The position numbers and the translations under genes were made by a program. A DNA stretch of 64,000 nucleotides from Thermoprotei archaeon (GTDB lineage: Archaea > Thermoproteota > Thermoprotei > Thermoproteales > B15-G16), in NCBI GenBank assembly GCA_003649205.1, contig QMRC01000001.1:1-64000 (forward strand), written 5' to 3'. Numbering within the stretch: the first letter of the stretch is position 1; the number at the start of each line of letters is the position of its first letter. The notes beneath the pieces were generated by a model that ran no database searches, was not told the DNA's origin, and saw only the letters and a list, made by a program, of their open reading frames with translations. This document shows, piece by piece, positions 46,310 to 56,608 of the stretch.

Positions 46310-47671
46310 ATGTCATTTAATGAGTACGGTAGCTACTCAGACGATGTTAAGAAGCTGCTGAAGGGTATTGATGCTAGAGTATTTGATAAGGTTAGAGTCC
46401 ACCTCAAGTCAGGTCAAGTACTTGAAGGTCTTGTGTTGCCGAGACCTGAGTACGGATCTCTTGACTGTCTCGTTATCAAGCTAGATAATGGCTACAACGT
46501 CGGTATTCACATTAATAATATTGAGAGAATTGAGCTCGTAGCTAAGGGTGTGGAAGCAGTTATTAAGTATCCTCCACCACCCAGTAAGGTAGCTGAGTTA
46601 CCTAAGGTAGCTGTTCTCGGTACTGGTGGTACCATACTATCGAAGGTTGACTATGTATCAGGTGCGGTGTACCCAACGTTCTCTGCTGAAGACATATACG
46701 GTATGGTACCTGAGCTACAGGACCTAGCAAATCTCGATATTGAGATGGTGTTCTCGATTTTTAGCGAGGACATGACGCCGCAGCACTGGGAGAAGTTAGC
46801 TCAAGTTATTGAGAGAAAGTTCAGGAATGGTTGTAGAGGTATAGTAGTATTCCATGGTACAGATACCATGGGTTACTCAGCTGCTGCTATGGCTTTTGCA
46901 GTGAGAAATGCTCCAGGGCCAGTAGTCTTCGTCGGTGCTCAGAGATCAAGTGATAGACCATCTACAGATGCTGTCATGAACGTGATATGTGCTGTCACAG
47001 TTGCTGTGAAAGCACCCTTTGCAGAGTCAGTTGTGTGTATGCACGGTGAGTCAGGTGATACCTATGCTCTAGTTCATAGAGGTGTTCGAGTTAGGAAGAT
47101 GCATACGAGTAGGAGAGATGCATTTAGATCAATAAACGACATCCCACTAGCTAAGGTTGAGGGTAGTGAGATAGTGGTCATTAATAGGAAGTACATTCCG
47201 AGATCTAAGTCAATCGATGACATGATTTGCATGCCAAAGTTCGACAATAAGACCGTACTACTCAAGTTCTATCCCGGTATGCAGCCAGATATCATAGACT
47301 ACCTCGTTGACAAGGGTTATCACGGAATTGTGCTTGAGGGTACTGGTCTAGGTCATGTTGGTCAGCAATTGCTGAAGTCTATTAGGAGAGCAATTGAGAT
47401 GGGGATACCTGTTGTAATGACGTCTCAATGCCTCTATGGTAGGATAAACATGAATGTGTATAGGAGGGGTGTTGAACTACTTAAGATGGGTGTCATACCG
47501 GGGCACGATATGTTACCTGAGACAGCATACGTCAAGTTGTCTTGGGTGCTAGCTCAGACACGTGACCTAGATGAGGTTAGAAAGCTCATGACTGCACCTA
47601 TAGTATACGAGATCAATCCGACGACGAGTTACGTAACCTATCCACAGGTGTACCAGGAGGTGACTATGTGA
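46310..47671 (+). CDS. gatD: Glu-tRNA(Gln) amidotransferase subunit D
   Basis: KLDNGYNVG, TGGTI, HGTDTM, QRSSDRPS. Confidence 0.97.
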   Translation: MSFNEYGSYSDDVKKLLKGIDARVFDKVRVHLKSGQVLEGLVLPRPEYGSLDCLVIKLDNGYNVGIHINNIERIELVAKGVEAVIKYPPPPSKVAELPKVAVLGTGGTILSKVDYVSGAVYPTFSAEDIYGMVPELQDLANLDIEMVFSIFSEDMTPQHWEKLAQVIERKFRNGCRGIVVFHGTDTMGYSAAAMAFAVRNAPGPVVFVGAQRSSDRPSTDAVMNVICAVTVAVKAPFAESVVCMHGESGDTYALVHRGVRVRKMHTSRRDAFRSINDIPLAKVEGSEIVVINRKYIPRSKSIDDMICMPKFDNKTVLLKFYPGMQPDIIDYLVDKGYHGIVLEGTGLGHVGQQLLKSIRRAIEMGIPVVMTSQCLYGRINMNVYRRGVELLKMGVIPGHDMLPETAYVKLSWVLAQTRDLDEVRKLMTAPIVYEINPTTSYVTYPQVYQEVTM

Positions 47672-49584
47672 GGATCGATTACGAGAAACTTGGTCTAAAG
47701 GTTGGTCTTGAATTTCATAGACAGCTAGATACGGGTAGGAAGCTATTCTGTGAATGCCCTCCAATACTTAGAAATGACCCTCCAGACATTGTCATTAGGA
47801 GGGTGCTAAGACCATCACTTAGCGAACTAGGTAGAGTTGACCCAGCTGCTGTTTGGGAGTTCAGAAAGAAGAGAGTATTCATATACGAAGCATACAGCGA
47901 CACTACTTGTCTCGTTGAACTCGATGAGGAGCCCCCTCACGATATGGATCCTGAATCGCTTAAGGTAGTTATTGCTGTAGCTAAGAGATTGAAGTCAAGG
48001 GTACTCGATGAGATACATACGATGAGGAAGATAGTTATTGATGGTTCTAACACAACAGGTTTCCAGAGAACAGCACTCGTAGCTATAGGTGGTGAAGTTG
48101 ACGTCTATGGACTTAAGGTACCTATTCAGACTATCTGTCTTGAGGAAGATGCTGCACGTAAGATAAGAGAGAGCGAGTACGAGGTAGTGTATCGCCTAGA
48201 TAGGTTCGGTATTCCACTTATTGAGATAGCTACAGGACCTGTAATGAGGACACCTGAGCAAGTTTACGAGGTAGCTAAGTACATTGGTGTGCTGCTGAAG
48301 CTAACAGGTAAGGTGAAGAGAGGTATTGGATCCATAAGGCAAGACCTAAACATATCGATCGTGGGTGGCGCTAGGGTAGAGATCAAGGGTGTTCAAGAGC
48401 TTGAGCTACTACCCAAGATAGTTGAGTACGAGGTACTGAGACAACTGAACCTAATCAAGATTACGCGGGAACTCAGGAATAGAGGTGCTAGAGAAGAGGA
48501 CTATACATTGAGCAACGTTGTAGACGTGACATCGATCTTCCAGAACACTAAGTGCAGAGTGATAAGGAAAGCTCTTGAGAAGGGAGGTGTAGTATTAGCT
48601 CTTAAGTTACCAAAACTAAGGAAATTGTTGGGTTACGAAATTCAACCTGGTAGGAGATTTGCTACCGAGCTAGCTGATAGAGCACGAGTCTGGGCTGGTG
48701 TTAAAGGTCTGTTCCACTGTGATGAACTACCAGCATACGGAATATCTTCAGATGAAGTTCGTTCAGTCGAGGAGAAGCTAGGTATTGGACCACATGACGG
48801 ATACATCCTGATAGCAGGTAACCCAATTGACGTAGAGGAGGCCTTCAAGGTAATAATTGAGCGAGTTAGAGAAGCAATATACGGTATTCCTGAGGAGACT
48901 AGAGCAGCTAATCCAGATGGTACAACGCACTTCATGAGACCAAGACCAGGAGCAGCTAGAATGTACCCAGAGACAGATGTTCGCCCTGTATATATAACGA
49001 TCGAATTTGAGAAGGAAGCGGAGAAGTACATACCTGAGTACCCAGATGAGCTTCTCGAGAGGCTAACTAAGGAATTAAACCTACCGAGAGAACTAGCTGA
49101 GCCGTTACTAGATTCACCACACCTATACCTTTTCGAGAGGATAGTCAAGAAGCTAGGTATCAACCCAGTACTCGTAGCATCAGTACTAGTCAATACGCTA
49201 CGGTACCTAAAGAGGGAGGGAATACCAGTAGACAACATCAGTGATTACGCTCTATTTGAGGTATTTAGGTTAGTTAGAGAAGGTGAGATATCTAAGGAAG
49301 CTGTACCAGAGATATTGAAGTACTTAGCTCAGAACCCATCATCATCAGTTAAGGAAGCTATCGAAAAGCTTGGATTGAGGAAAGTGAAGTTAAGCGAGTT
49401 AGTTAAGGATATCGATGCTATTGTAGAGGAGTACAGGAACTTAATACTTGAGAGGGGTGAACGAGCAATCTCCACCCTAATGGGTGTGCTCATGAAGAAG
49501 TACCGTGGTAGAGTAGATGGTAAAGTTGTGTATGAATTACTTCATGAGAGAGTAAGAAAGGTACTAGAGGAGAAAGGTGTGTAG
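47668..49584 (+). CDS. gatE: Glu-tRNA(Gln) amidotransferase subunit E
   Basis: GLKVGLEFHRQL, IDGSNTTGFQRT, RPRPGAARMYPETD. Confidence 0.97.
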   Translation: MRIDYEKLGLKVGLEFHRQLDTGRKLFCECPPILRNDPPDIVIRRVLRPSLSELGRVDPAAVWEFRKKRVFIYEAYSDTTCLVELDEEPPHDMDPESLKVVIAVAKRLKSRVLDEIHTMRKIVIDGSNTTGFQRTALVAIGGEVDVYGLKVPIQTICLEEDAARKIRESEYEVVYRLDRFGIPLIEIATGPVMRTPEQVYEVAKYIGVLLKLTGKVKRGIGSIRQDLNISIVGGARVEIKGVQELELLPKIVEYEVLRQLNLIKITRELRNRGAREEDYTLSNVVDVTSIFQNTKCRVIRKALEKGGVVLALKLPKLRKLLGYEIQPGRRFATELADRARVWAGVKGLFHCDELPAYGISSDEVRSVEEKLGIGPHDGYILIAGNPIDVEEAFKVIIERVREAIYGIPEETRAANPDGTTHFMRPRPGAARMYPETDVRPVYITIEFEKEAEKYIPEYPDELLERLTKELNLPRELAEPLLDSPHLYLFERIVKKLGINPVLVASVLVNTLRYLKREGIPVDNISDYALFEVFRLVREGEISKEAVPEILKYLAQNPSSSVKEAIEKLGLRKVKLSELVKDIDAIVEEYRNLILERGERAISTLMGVLMKKYRGRVDGKVVYELLHERVRKVLEEKGV

Positions 49585-49648
49585 CGAGTTAGAAATGTTT
49601 TTAAAAGTAGCTCTAGACTTGTGTTGTTAGATGATGTGAGGTGATACA

Positions 49649-50863
49649 ATGAGTAAACCTGATATCGTGTACATAGTTGAGACAGTTGGTGGAGTACTAG
49701 CTGTTGATGAGAATGGTCAAGTGATTGAGAAAGTACCCTTTGAACGTGATCCAGATAAGATAGCAGATAAGTTCATGGCACTTGAAGGTGGAGATCTAAT
49801 CGATGAAGTAAAGGAGTTATGTAGGAGGCTGAGAGAGAAAGGTATTAAGACCATAGTTGTTGAAGATGAGGAAATAGCCAGAAGAATAGCATCTAACTTC
49901 CCAGGTCTTGAAGTAAGGGTAGAGAAACCAAGTAGAGGAGGTACAATCGTTAGAAAAGACCCAACCAAGTACGCACCGGAGTTCGGTCTATCACCTGAAG
50001 AATTCCGAAAGTTACTCTTCGAAGCAACAGTTATAGAAACTAGGAAGAAGGTTAGGAAAGCAGCAGAGAAGAGAGACCTATTCATCGCACAGGCAATATC
50101 TGCAATCGACGACATAGACAAGACACTAAACCTATTCTCATCAAGATTAAGGGAGTGGTATAGCCTACACTTCCCAGAGCTAAATGACATGGTTAGAGAT
50201 CACGAAGACTTCGTCAGATTAGTCTATGAGCTAGGTCATAGATCAAACTTCAGTAAGGAGAAGCTAACGAAACTAGGTATACCACCAGCAAGAGCTGAGA
50301 GAATAGCAGAGGCAGCAAAGAAGAGCATGGGTGCAGAGATGACAGACTTCGACCTTGGACCTATCAAGCTAGTTGCAGGTATTACACTACAGCTATTTGA
50401 CATAAGGAGGAAGCTAGCAAGTTACATAGACGAAGCAATGAAGGAAGTAGCACCAAACATCAGAGAGCTAGTTGGACCACTACTAGGTGCTAGATTGATC
50501 AAGCTAGCAGGAGGACTAATGAAGTTAGCTATGTTACCAGCAAGTACCATACAGGTACTAGGTGCTGAGAAGGCACTCTTCAGAGCATTGAGAACAGGAG
50601 GTAAACCACCAAAGCACGGAGTAATCTTCCAGTTCCCAGCTATCTTCAGATCACCAAGATGGCAGAGAGGTAAGATCGCTAGAGCACTAGCAGCAAAGTT
50701 AGCTATAGCAGCTAGAGTAGATGCATTCACAGGACAATTCATAGCACCAAAGCTCAAGGAGGATCTAATGAAGAGAATCGAAGAGATCAAGAGACTATAT
50801 GCAAAACCACCACCGAGAAAACCAGAAGCAAGACCAACAAGGAGACCAACCAGAAGGAGATAA
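49649..50863 (+). CDS. nop5: Nop5 (Nop56/58) box C/D RNP protein
   Basis: REWYSLHFPEL, IQVLGAEKALF, PPKHGVIF. Confidence 0.97.
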   Translation: MSKPDIVYIVETVGGVLAVDENGQVIEKVPFERDPDKIADKFMALEGGDLIDEVKELCRRLREKGIKTIVVEDEEIARRIASNFPGLEVRVEKPSRGGTIVRKDPTKYAPEFGLSPEEFRKLLFEATVIETRKKVRKAAEKRDLFIAQAISAIDDIDKTLNLFSSRLREWYSLHFPELNDMVRDHEDFVRLVYELGHRSNFSKEKLTKLGIPPARAERIAEAAKKSMGAEMTDFDLGPIKLVAGITLQLFDIRRKLASYIDEAMKEVAPNIRELVGPLLGARLIKLAGGLMKLAMLPASTIQVLGAEKALFRALRTGGKPPKHGVIFQFPAIFRSPRWQRGKIARALAAKLAIAARVDAFTGQFIAPKLKEDLMKRIEEIKRLYAKPPPRKPEARPTRRPTRRR

Positions 50864-50964
50864 CCAAATACCCATCCTTTCCACCTCATCCCTTTACCAC
50901 ATACACTAGAGTTAGACCAAAAGTTTAAACTCCGTACACAAAGTGAGAAATGTGGTGAAGTAAT

Positions 50965-51681
50965 ATGTCAAGTCTGATAAAGCCTGTTGAGGTTAGACCT
51001 CACGAGAAGTTTGAGGGTATTTACTGGGTTAAGTTCGAGGATGGTTCTGAGAAGTTAGCAACAAAGAACCTAACACCTGGTAAGAGAGTGTATGGTGAGC
51101 AATTAGTTGTTTGGGAAGGTGAGGAGTACAGAATATGGAATCCGTACAGGAGCAAGCTAGCAGCAGCAATACTGAAGGGTCTACAGGTAATGCCAATTAA
51201 GAGAGGGATGAAGATACTGTACCTAGGTGCTGCATCAGGTACAACCTCAAGCCACATATCTGATATCGTAGGACCTGAAGGAGTGGTATACGCGGTTGAG
51301 TTCTCACCAAGAGTATTTAGGGAGTTCATGGAGAAGTGTATTGACCAGGGAAGAACAAACATGATACCAATACTAGCTGATGCTAGGTACCCATGGCAGT
51401 ACAGACACATTGTGGAGGAAGTAGATCTGGTATACATCGACATTGCACAGCCATTCCAAGCAAAGATACTAGCTGACAACGCTGACTTCTTCCTAAAGAG
51501 CGGTGGATGGGTAATGCAAGCAATTAAGGCAATGAGCATTGACGTCACAAGAGAACCTTCAGAAACGTACAAGCAGGAGATTGAGCATTTAAAGCAGAGA
51601 GGCTACGAGATACTAGATCAAGTACACCTAGAGCCATATGATGTAGCTCATGCCTTCATAGTGGGTAAGAGAGTTAAGTAG
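50965..51681 (+). CDS. flpA: Fibrillarin 2'-O-methyltransferase
   Basis: [30 protein letters not shown]. Confidence 0.97.
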   Translation: MSSLIKPVEVRPHEKFEGIYWVKFEDGSEKLATKNLTPGKRVYGEQLVVWEGEEYRIWNPYRSKLAAAILKGLQVMPIKRGMKILYLGAASGTTSSHISDIVGPEGVVYAVEFSPRVFREFMEKCIDQGRTNMIPILADARYPWQYRHIVEEVDLVYIDIAQPFQAKILADNADFFLKSGGWVMQAIKAMSIDVTREPSETYKQEIEHLKQRGYEILDQVHLEPYDVAHAFIVGKRVK

Positions 51682-51732
51682 TCAAAGTAACCACTGCTAC
51701 ACAATATCTTAAACTAAATGTTTTTATTTTAA

Positions 51733-52698
51733 TTGACAAAGGTTTTAACCAGCATGGAGCACGAATTAATAATTAATGTAGTTCAAGTCCTGCGTAAAAC
51801 AAGTGATGAGGTAAGTGCTATAAGTTCATCACATCGCAAGTACTCATTCAATGTAGTTGCTAAGAATGTCAAGGGTAAGAACTTAGTACTCTCAGTAACT
51901 GCTGATGTTGACAGAGTTAGTAAGAGAGCTGTTAAGGATCTCGTAGTCCTATCATACACAACTAAGTCAGTACCTCTAATCGTCAGTAATAAGTGTAAGG
52001 GTAAGGAGCTTGCTGAAGGTGTTGTATACAAGAGGTTCGGTATCTATACAATAAACTTTGAGACGTTTAAAGATATGCTAGAGGAAGAGAAGTATCCTCA
52101 GTTCTATTCCGAGAAGGGAGGTATCTACGTTAGAATTAAGGGTAGGGTACTTAGGCAATTGAGAGAGAAGTACAATCTCTCACTCGGTGAAGTAGCTAGA
52201 TCAATAGGCTTAACCAGGAAAGCAATATACGAGTACGAGAGGGATAGCATGGATGCTTCTGCTGCTGTTGCCCAGAAGCTAATTGAGTTATTTGGTGAGG
52301 AAATTATTGAGGAGATAAATCCAATGGAGTGGAATATCAGTAAGGAAGAACTTCATAGATTGATCGATGAGAATAGGGAGATTAGTAAGCTGAGTAAGAG
52401 TGTTAGAGAGGTATTTCCCGAAGACGACTATGAGTTGTATGAACTTTACCGGTGTCCCTTTGATGCTGTTGCACATAGTAAGCACGAGAACATATTTCTT
52501 AAGGTAATCTACAGCAGAGAAGGTAGGAGGATTCAGAGAGGAGATATTAGTGAGGTTACTGTAATAGGTGAAGTCGCTAGAGTTCTAGACGCGAAACTAG
52601 CTTTCTTAGTTCCTGATAGGAATACCTACGAGTTAGTTAGAGATGCTATACCTAGTGATGTTGAGTGTGAGATACTGACTAGCAGTGAGAAGAGGTGA
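51733..52698 (+). CDS. Archaeal HTH transcriptional regulator (COG1395-like); likely start ATG 51754
   Basis: VVYKRFGI, GGIYVRI, Cro-type HTH LSLGEVARSIGLTRKAIYEYE, PFDAVA. Confidence 0.85.
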   Translation: MTKVLTSMEHELIINVVQVLRKTSDEVSAISSSHRKYSFNVVAKNVKGKNLVLSVTADVDRVSKRAVKDLVVLSYTTKSVPLIVSNKCKGKELAEGVVYKRFGIYTINFETFKDMLEEEKYPQFYSEKGGIYVRIKGRVLRQLREKYNLSLGEVARSIGLTRKAIYEYERDSMDASAAVAQKLIELFGEEIIEEINPMEWNISKEELHRLIDENREISKLSKSVREVFPEDDYELYELYRCPFDAVAHSKHENIFLKVIYSREGRRIQRGDISEVTVIGEVARVLDAKLAFLVPDRNTYELVRDAIPSDVECEILTSSEKR

Positions 52699-52704
52699 CG
52701 TGAG

Positions 52705-53253
52705 ATACCAATCAAGGTCTTGATAACAGGGAGGCCTGGAATTGGTAAGACCACAGCTATTAAGAAGGTAGCTGACTTACTTAGGACGAGAGGAGTTAAG
52801 GTAGGTGGTATGATAACTCTCGAAGTTAGGGAAAGAGGTAGGAGAGTTGGATTTAAGATAGTTGACTTAGCTACAGGTCGTGAAGGAGTTCTAGCGTGGG
52901 TAGGTTCCTCCGGAGGACCACGCGTTGGTAAGTATGTAGTCAATCTTAGGGATCTAGAGGATGTAGGTGTGAGAGCAATCTTAGATGCTATCGAGTTTGC
53001 TGAAGTTGTGTTCTGTGATGAGATTGGCCCCATGGAGTTGCACTCAGATAAGTTTAAGGAAGCAATTGAAAGAGCTTTGGCATCAGATAAGCAATTTGTA
53101 GGTACCATACATATCAGGGCAGATCGTGATCCATTCTGTAGGTACCTAAAGGAGAGGTACAGACTTAAGATCATCGAGTTAACTCTAGCAAATAGGGACC
53201 GTATACCGCTAGAGATAAGTTCCGAAATTCTTAGGGTACTTGGAAGGACATGA
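52705..53253 (+). CDS. THEP1-family NTPase (start probably upstream of TTG 52720, e.g. ATA 52705)
   Basis: ITGRPGIGKTT, RVGKYVV, DEIGPMEL. Confidence 0.92.
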   Translation: MPIKVLITGRPGIGKTTAIKKVADLLRTRGVKVGGMITLEVRERGRRVGFKIVDLATGREGVLAWVGSSGGPRVGKYVVNLRDLEDVGVRAILDAIEFAEVVFCDEIGPMELHSDKFKEAIERALASDKQFVGTIHIRADRDPFCRYLKERYRLKIIELTLANRDRIPLEISSEILRVLGRT

Positions 53254-54482
53254 GTGAGTTAGAGTTTGCGGTAGTAGAGCTTGAGAAGCTTCTCGGTGTT
53301 AATTTAGTTAAGATCACTGAGGGGCTTGTTGAGTTGTTTATACCTGATCTCTCGAAGTTTAGTGATGGTAGGAGAATTGAGCCTTGTTGGGCCCCTGTCT
53401 TCTACAATCCTAGAATGGTGATGAATCGTGATATCTCAGTTCTAGCAATATCGTACTTCGCTAAGTTGAAGAAAAGGAACATAACCGTGTGTGAACCTCT
53501 ATCAGCTACTGGTGTTAGGGGTTTAAGGTATGCTAAGGAAGTACCTAGTGTTGAGAAGGTTGTTCTAAATGACATTGACTTTAGAGCGTACAAGCTGATT
53601 CTACTCAATACAAAGGTAAATAATCTAGAGGATAAAGTTGAGGTTCACAATGAGGATGCGAACATTCTACTACATACATACACTAAGCGTGGTGAGAGAT
53701 TTGATGTAGTTGACATTGACCCCTTTGGTAGCCCAGTACCGTTTACAGATGCCGCTATTAGAGCAGTGAGAGGTAGAGGATTACTGTGTTTAACAGCTAC
53801 AGACTTAGCGCCTCTCCTCGGTGTTTACCCAAAGGCGTGTTTGAGGAAGTATGGAGCAATTCCTCTTAGAACGGATTTTTCTCCGGAGATTGGTGTTAGG
53901 ATAATGTTGGGGTACTTGGCTAGAGAAGCAGCAAAGCATGAGCTAGGTATCAAACCTCTTCTAGCGTATATACGTCAGCACTATATGAGGGTCTTTGTCG
54001 AGATACTGACGGGAGCATCTAGTAGTAATAAAGCGCTTCAGGAACTTGGTTACTTACTCTTTTGTAGGAGTTGTCTGTGGAGAGCGCTCGAGAAAGGTCA
54101 CGTACCTAGAACTCTAGTATGTCCTAACTGCGGTAGTAAGTTGGAGGTAGCGGGGCCTCTCTGGTGTGGCCCCATATTTGATAGGGATTTCGTACGTGGT
54201 CTTCTTGCTGATTACGAGAGTAGAGCTTACATGCGGAAGAAGGAGTTAACGAAGTTTCTCTCTACAATAGTGAGTGAGGTAGAGGTTAATGAAGTATTTT
54301 ACACAACTAGTGAGCTAGCTAGTAGGTACAGAGTTCAGGAACCTAGCGTTAGCGATGTTGTTGAGAAACTTAGAGAACTAGGTTATAAAGCATGTAGAAC
54401 TCATTTCTCAAGTAAGGGATTTCGAACAGATGCTCCTCTTGATGTAGTTAGTAAGATTGTGAGAGAGCTATCTCCTAAATGA
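53250..54482 (+). CDS. trm1: tRNA (guanine-26-N2)-dimethyltransferase
   Basis: VFYNPRM, ATGVRGLRY, DIDPFGSP, GPLW. Confidence 0.96.
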   Translation: MSELEFAVVELEKLLGVNLVKITEGLVELFIPDLSKFSDGRRIEPCWAPVFYNPRMVMNRDISVLAISYFAKLKKRNITVCEPLSATGVRGLRYAKEVPSVEKVVLNDIDFRAYKLILLNTKVNNLEDKVEVHNEDANILLHTYTKRGERFDVVDIDPFGSPVPFTDAAIRAVRGRGLLCLTATDLAPLLGVYPKACLRKYGAIPLRTDFSPEIGVRIMLGYLAREAAKHELGIKPLLAYIRQHYMRVFVEILTGASSSNKALQELGYLLFCRSCLWRALEKGHVPRTLVCPNCGSKLEVAGPLWCGPIFDRDFVRGLLADYESRAYMRKKELTKFLSTIVSEVEVNEVFYTTSELASRYRVQEPSVSDVVEKLRELGYKACRTHFSSKGFRTDAPLDVVSKIVRELSPK

Positions 54483-55524
54483 AATCTTCATTCCAAGGTA
54501 TCTCGACTCTCATACCTTTCTCAGCAGATTTCAGTGCATACACTATGCACTTAAGTGCTATGTAACCTACAACACCACTAGTTAGAGGCTCCTTACCGCT
54601 CTTCACGCACTCAATGAAGTGTTTGAGCTCGACTAGTAGAGGTTCATTGTGTGATCCAAGTAATAGTCGCTCCTCACTAATTTCCTTGCTCTGATACGTG
54701 AGCACTAGTGACGTGTAGTCACTATTTGATGTGTAGCTAGCTATACCCTTCTCCTTAACAACTCGTTGAAGCATGTAATCCACAGTGATAACGTAGTTCA
54801 TTGTCTGAATCTCCATTAATCTCCTCTTCATTGTCTGAGAACATAACCAACTAGCTCTCAACTGCGCAACAGTACCTGAAGGATATGTATAGTTAGCAAT
54901 AATATCTACCTCATAGGGGAAGTTACTGACGTACCTTGTCTTAGCTACCACCTCTCTCGGTAATTCATTCAGTACATAGTTACAGATATCAATGTCGTGT
55001 ACTAAGAGATCATGTGCGACACCTAGGTTTAGAGTATACACTGGATTGAAGGGGCCAGGACCGATTCTCACACTATATATGTTGACTACTTCTTCACCCT
55101 CACTTCTCAACCTGGATAGTATGTTAAGTAGGTGACTTACAACCGGCTCAAACCTAACGATATGTCCCACCATTAGTACCCTACCTAGTTTCTTAGCTTC
55201 GAGAACTAGCTCACGAGCTTCCTCGATCGTTGTTGCAATTGGCTTCTCAACAAAGACGTGAGAGTGAGGTAGGAGTTTCTTGACCACTACGTAGTGGTAC
55301 TTCGTGGGGACAGCTACTACGTATGCATCGTACTTGCTGTGTCTAATTTCATCAATACTACCATACACCTCATTAACTAGGTACCTCTTTGCTAATTCCT
55401 TAGCTCTTGAGATATCTATATCACAGATAGCTAGATCCTCGATATCTCCCTGATCCCTCAACCTAGCTAGAACACGAATGATGTTTCTACCCCACCTACC
55501 GACACCAATACAGCAGATTCTCAT
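54475..55524 (-). CDS. Gfo/Idh/MocA oxidoreductase (likely start ATG 55524)
   Basis: IGVGRWG, VEKP, VGHIVRF, DLLVHDID. Confidence 0.9.
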   Translation of the reverse strand: MRICCIGVGRWGRNIIRVLARLRDQGDIEDLAICDIDISRAKELAKRYLVNEVYGSIDEIRHSKYDAYVVAVPTKYHYVVVKKLLPHSHVFVEKPIATTIEEARELVLEAKKLGRVLMVGHIVRFEPVVSHLLNILSRLRSEGEEVVNIYSVRIGPGPFNPVYTLNLGVAHDLLVHDIDICNYVLNELPREVVAKTRYVSNFPYEVDIIANYTYPSGTVAQLRASWLCSQTMKRRLMEIQTMNYVITVDYMLQRVVKEKGIASYTSNSDYTSLVLTYQSKEISEERLLLGSHNEPLLVELKHFIECVKSGKEPLTSGVVGYIALKCIVYALKSAEKGMRVEIPWNEDFI

Positions 55525-55591
55525 ACCTACCGTCCTCGAGTAAGTTTGGTAGCAGGTATATATCAGTGAGCACCCTCTACTATGCGAGACT

Positions 55592-56155
55592 ATGAAGTTA
55601 GTACTCTTAACTGGTTTACCAGGATCTGGTAAGAGCTTAGTTGCTAAGCTACTTAGTGAGTACCTGAGAGCACCTACCGTAAACATGGGTGATGTTGTTA
55701 GAGAGGAGGCTAGGAGACGCGGATTACCTGAATCCAGAGAGGTATTGTCAAATATAGCGATTGAGCTGAGGAAGAACTATGGTAGTGACGCTATTGCCAA
55801 GCTAACGTACGAGTACTGGCTGAGGAAGCTCGAAGGTAGAGCAGAGGTAGTTATTGTTGATGGTGTTAGGAGTTGGGATGAAGTCAACTACTTTAAGCAA
55901 CGTTTCGGTGACGTTCTCGTAGTTGCTGTTCACGCGTCTCCTAGAACAAGATTCAGAAGGCTCAGGGAACGTGGTAGAAGCGATGATCCTAGATCCTGGA
56001 TCGAGTTTGTTAAGCGAGACCTTGCTGAGCTGAGTATGGGTGTTGGTACCGTAATTGCTCTTGCTGACTACGTTATTACTAATGAGAAAAACTCTTTGAC
56101 TGAGCTTGAATCTAAGGTACGCGAATTAGCGGAGTTGATTAAGCATGAGAGTTGA
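55592..56155 (+). CDS. UPF0200 / dephospho-CoA-kinase-like nucleotide kinase
   Basis: TGLPGSGKS, MGDVVRE, DGVRS, RGRSDD. Confidence 0.88.
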   Translation: MKLVLLTGLPGSGKSLVAKLLSEYLRAPTVNMGDVVREEARRRGLPESREVLSNIAIELRKNYGSDAIAKLTYEYWLRKLEGRAEVVIVDGVRSWDEVNYFKQRFGDVLVVAVHASPRTRFRRLRERGRSDDPRSWIEFVKRDLAELSMGVGTVIALADYVITNEKNSLTELESKVRELAELIKHES

Positions 56156-56582
56156 GGTCTGGGTCGAGCTACGTGATACAGAGGATAGGGATAAGGTATT
56201 ACGTGCTCTAAATAATGTCTTCACGCCTAGAGAGGTTAGAGAAGAGGTTATTGAGGGTAGGAAGTATGTTGTAGCTAGAGGTGAAGGCTCGCACTGCTTA
56301 CTTAAGCTATATAAGTTAATTCGCGAAGAGGAGATACACGACGCAGCAAGAGAAAACATCAGGAGAGGTATACGTGGTAATACAATTATCTTCCACCTAA
56401 ATAAGCAAGCAGCATACAGTGGATTAGCTGTGTTCTGTACTGTACCTCATAAGGAAAGTCCTCTCGGGCCTATAACATTCATCGTTACCTGTAGTGATCC
56501 TAGGAGATTTCTCGACTGGATAGCACCGAAGACATTCCGAGGGCAAGTAGTGTACGAAGCTAAGCCACCTGATGATCCTTAA
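56145..56582 (+). CDS. UPF0201/DUF54 RNA-binding protein
   Basis: TEDRDKV, DAAR, LNKQAA, SPLGPI, WIAPKT. Confidence 0.9.
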   Translation: MRVEVWVELRDTEDRDKVLRALNNVFTPREVREEVIEGRKYVVARGEGSHCLLKLYKLIREEEIHDAARENIRRGIRGNTIIFHLNKQAAYSGLAVFCTVPHKESPLGPITFIVTCSDPRRFLDWIAPKTFRGQVVYEAKPPDDP

Positions 56583-56608
56583 CTACGATCGCGAATATCT
56601 ACTGAAAT

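Noticed and set aside
48642-51572. Long antisense ORFs over gatE, nop5 and fibrillarin
   Set aside because: Antisense shadows of well-supported conserved genes.
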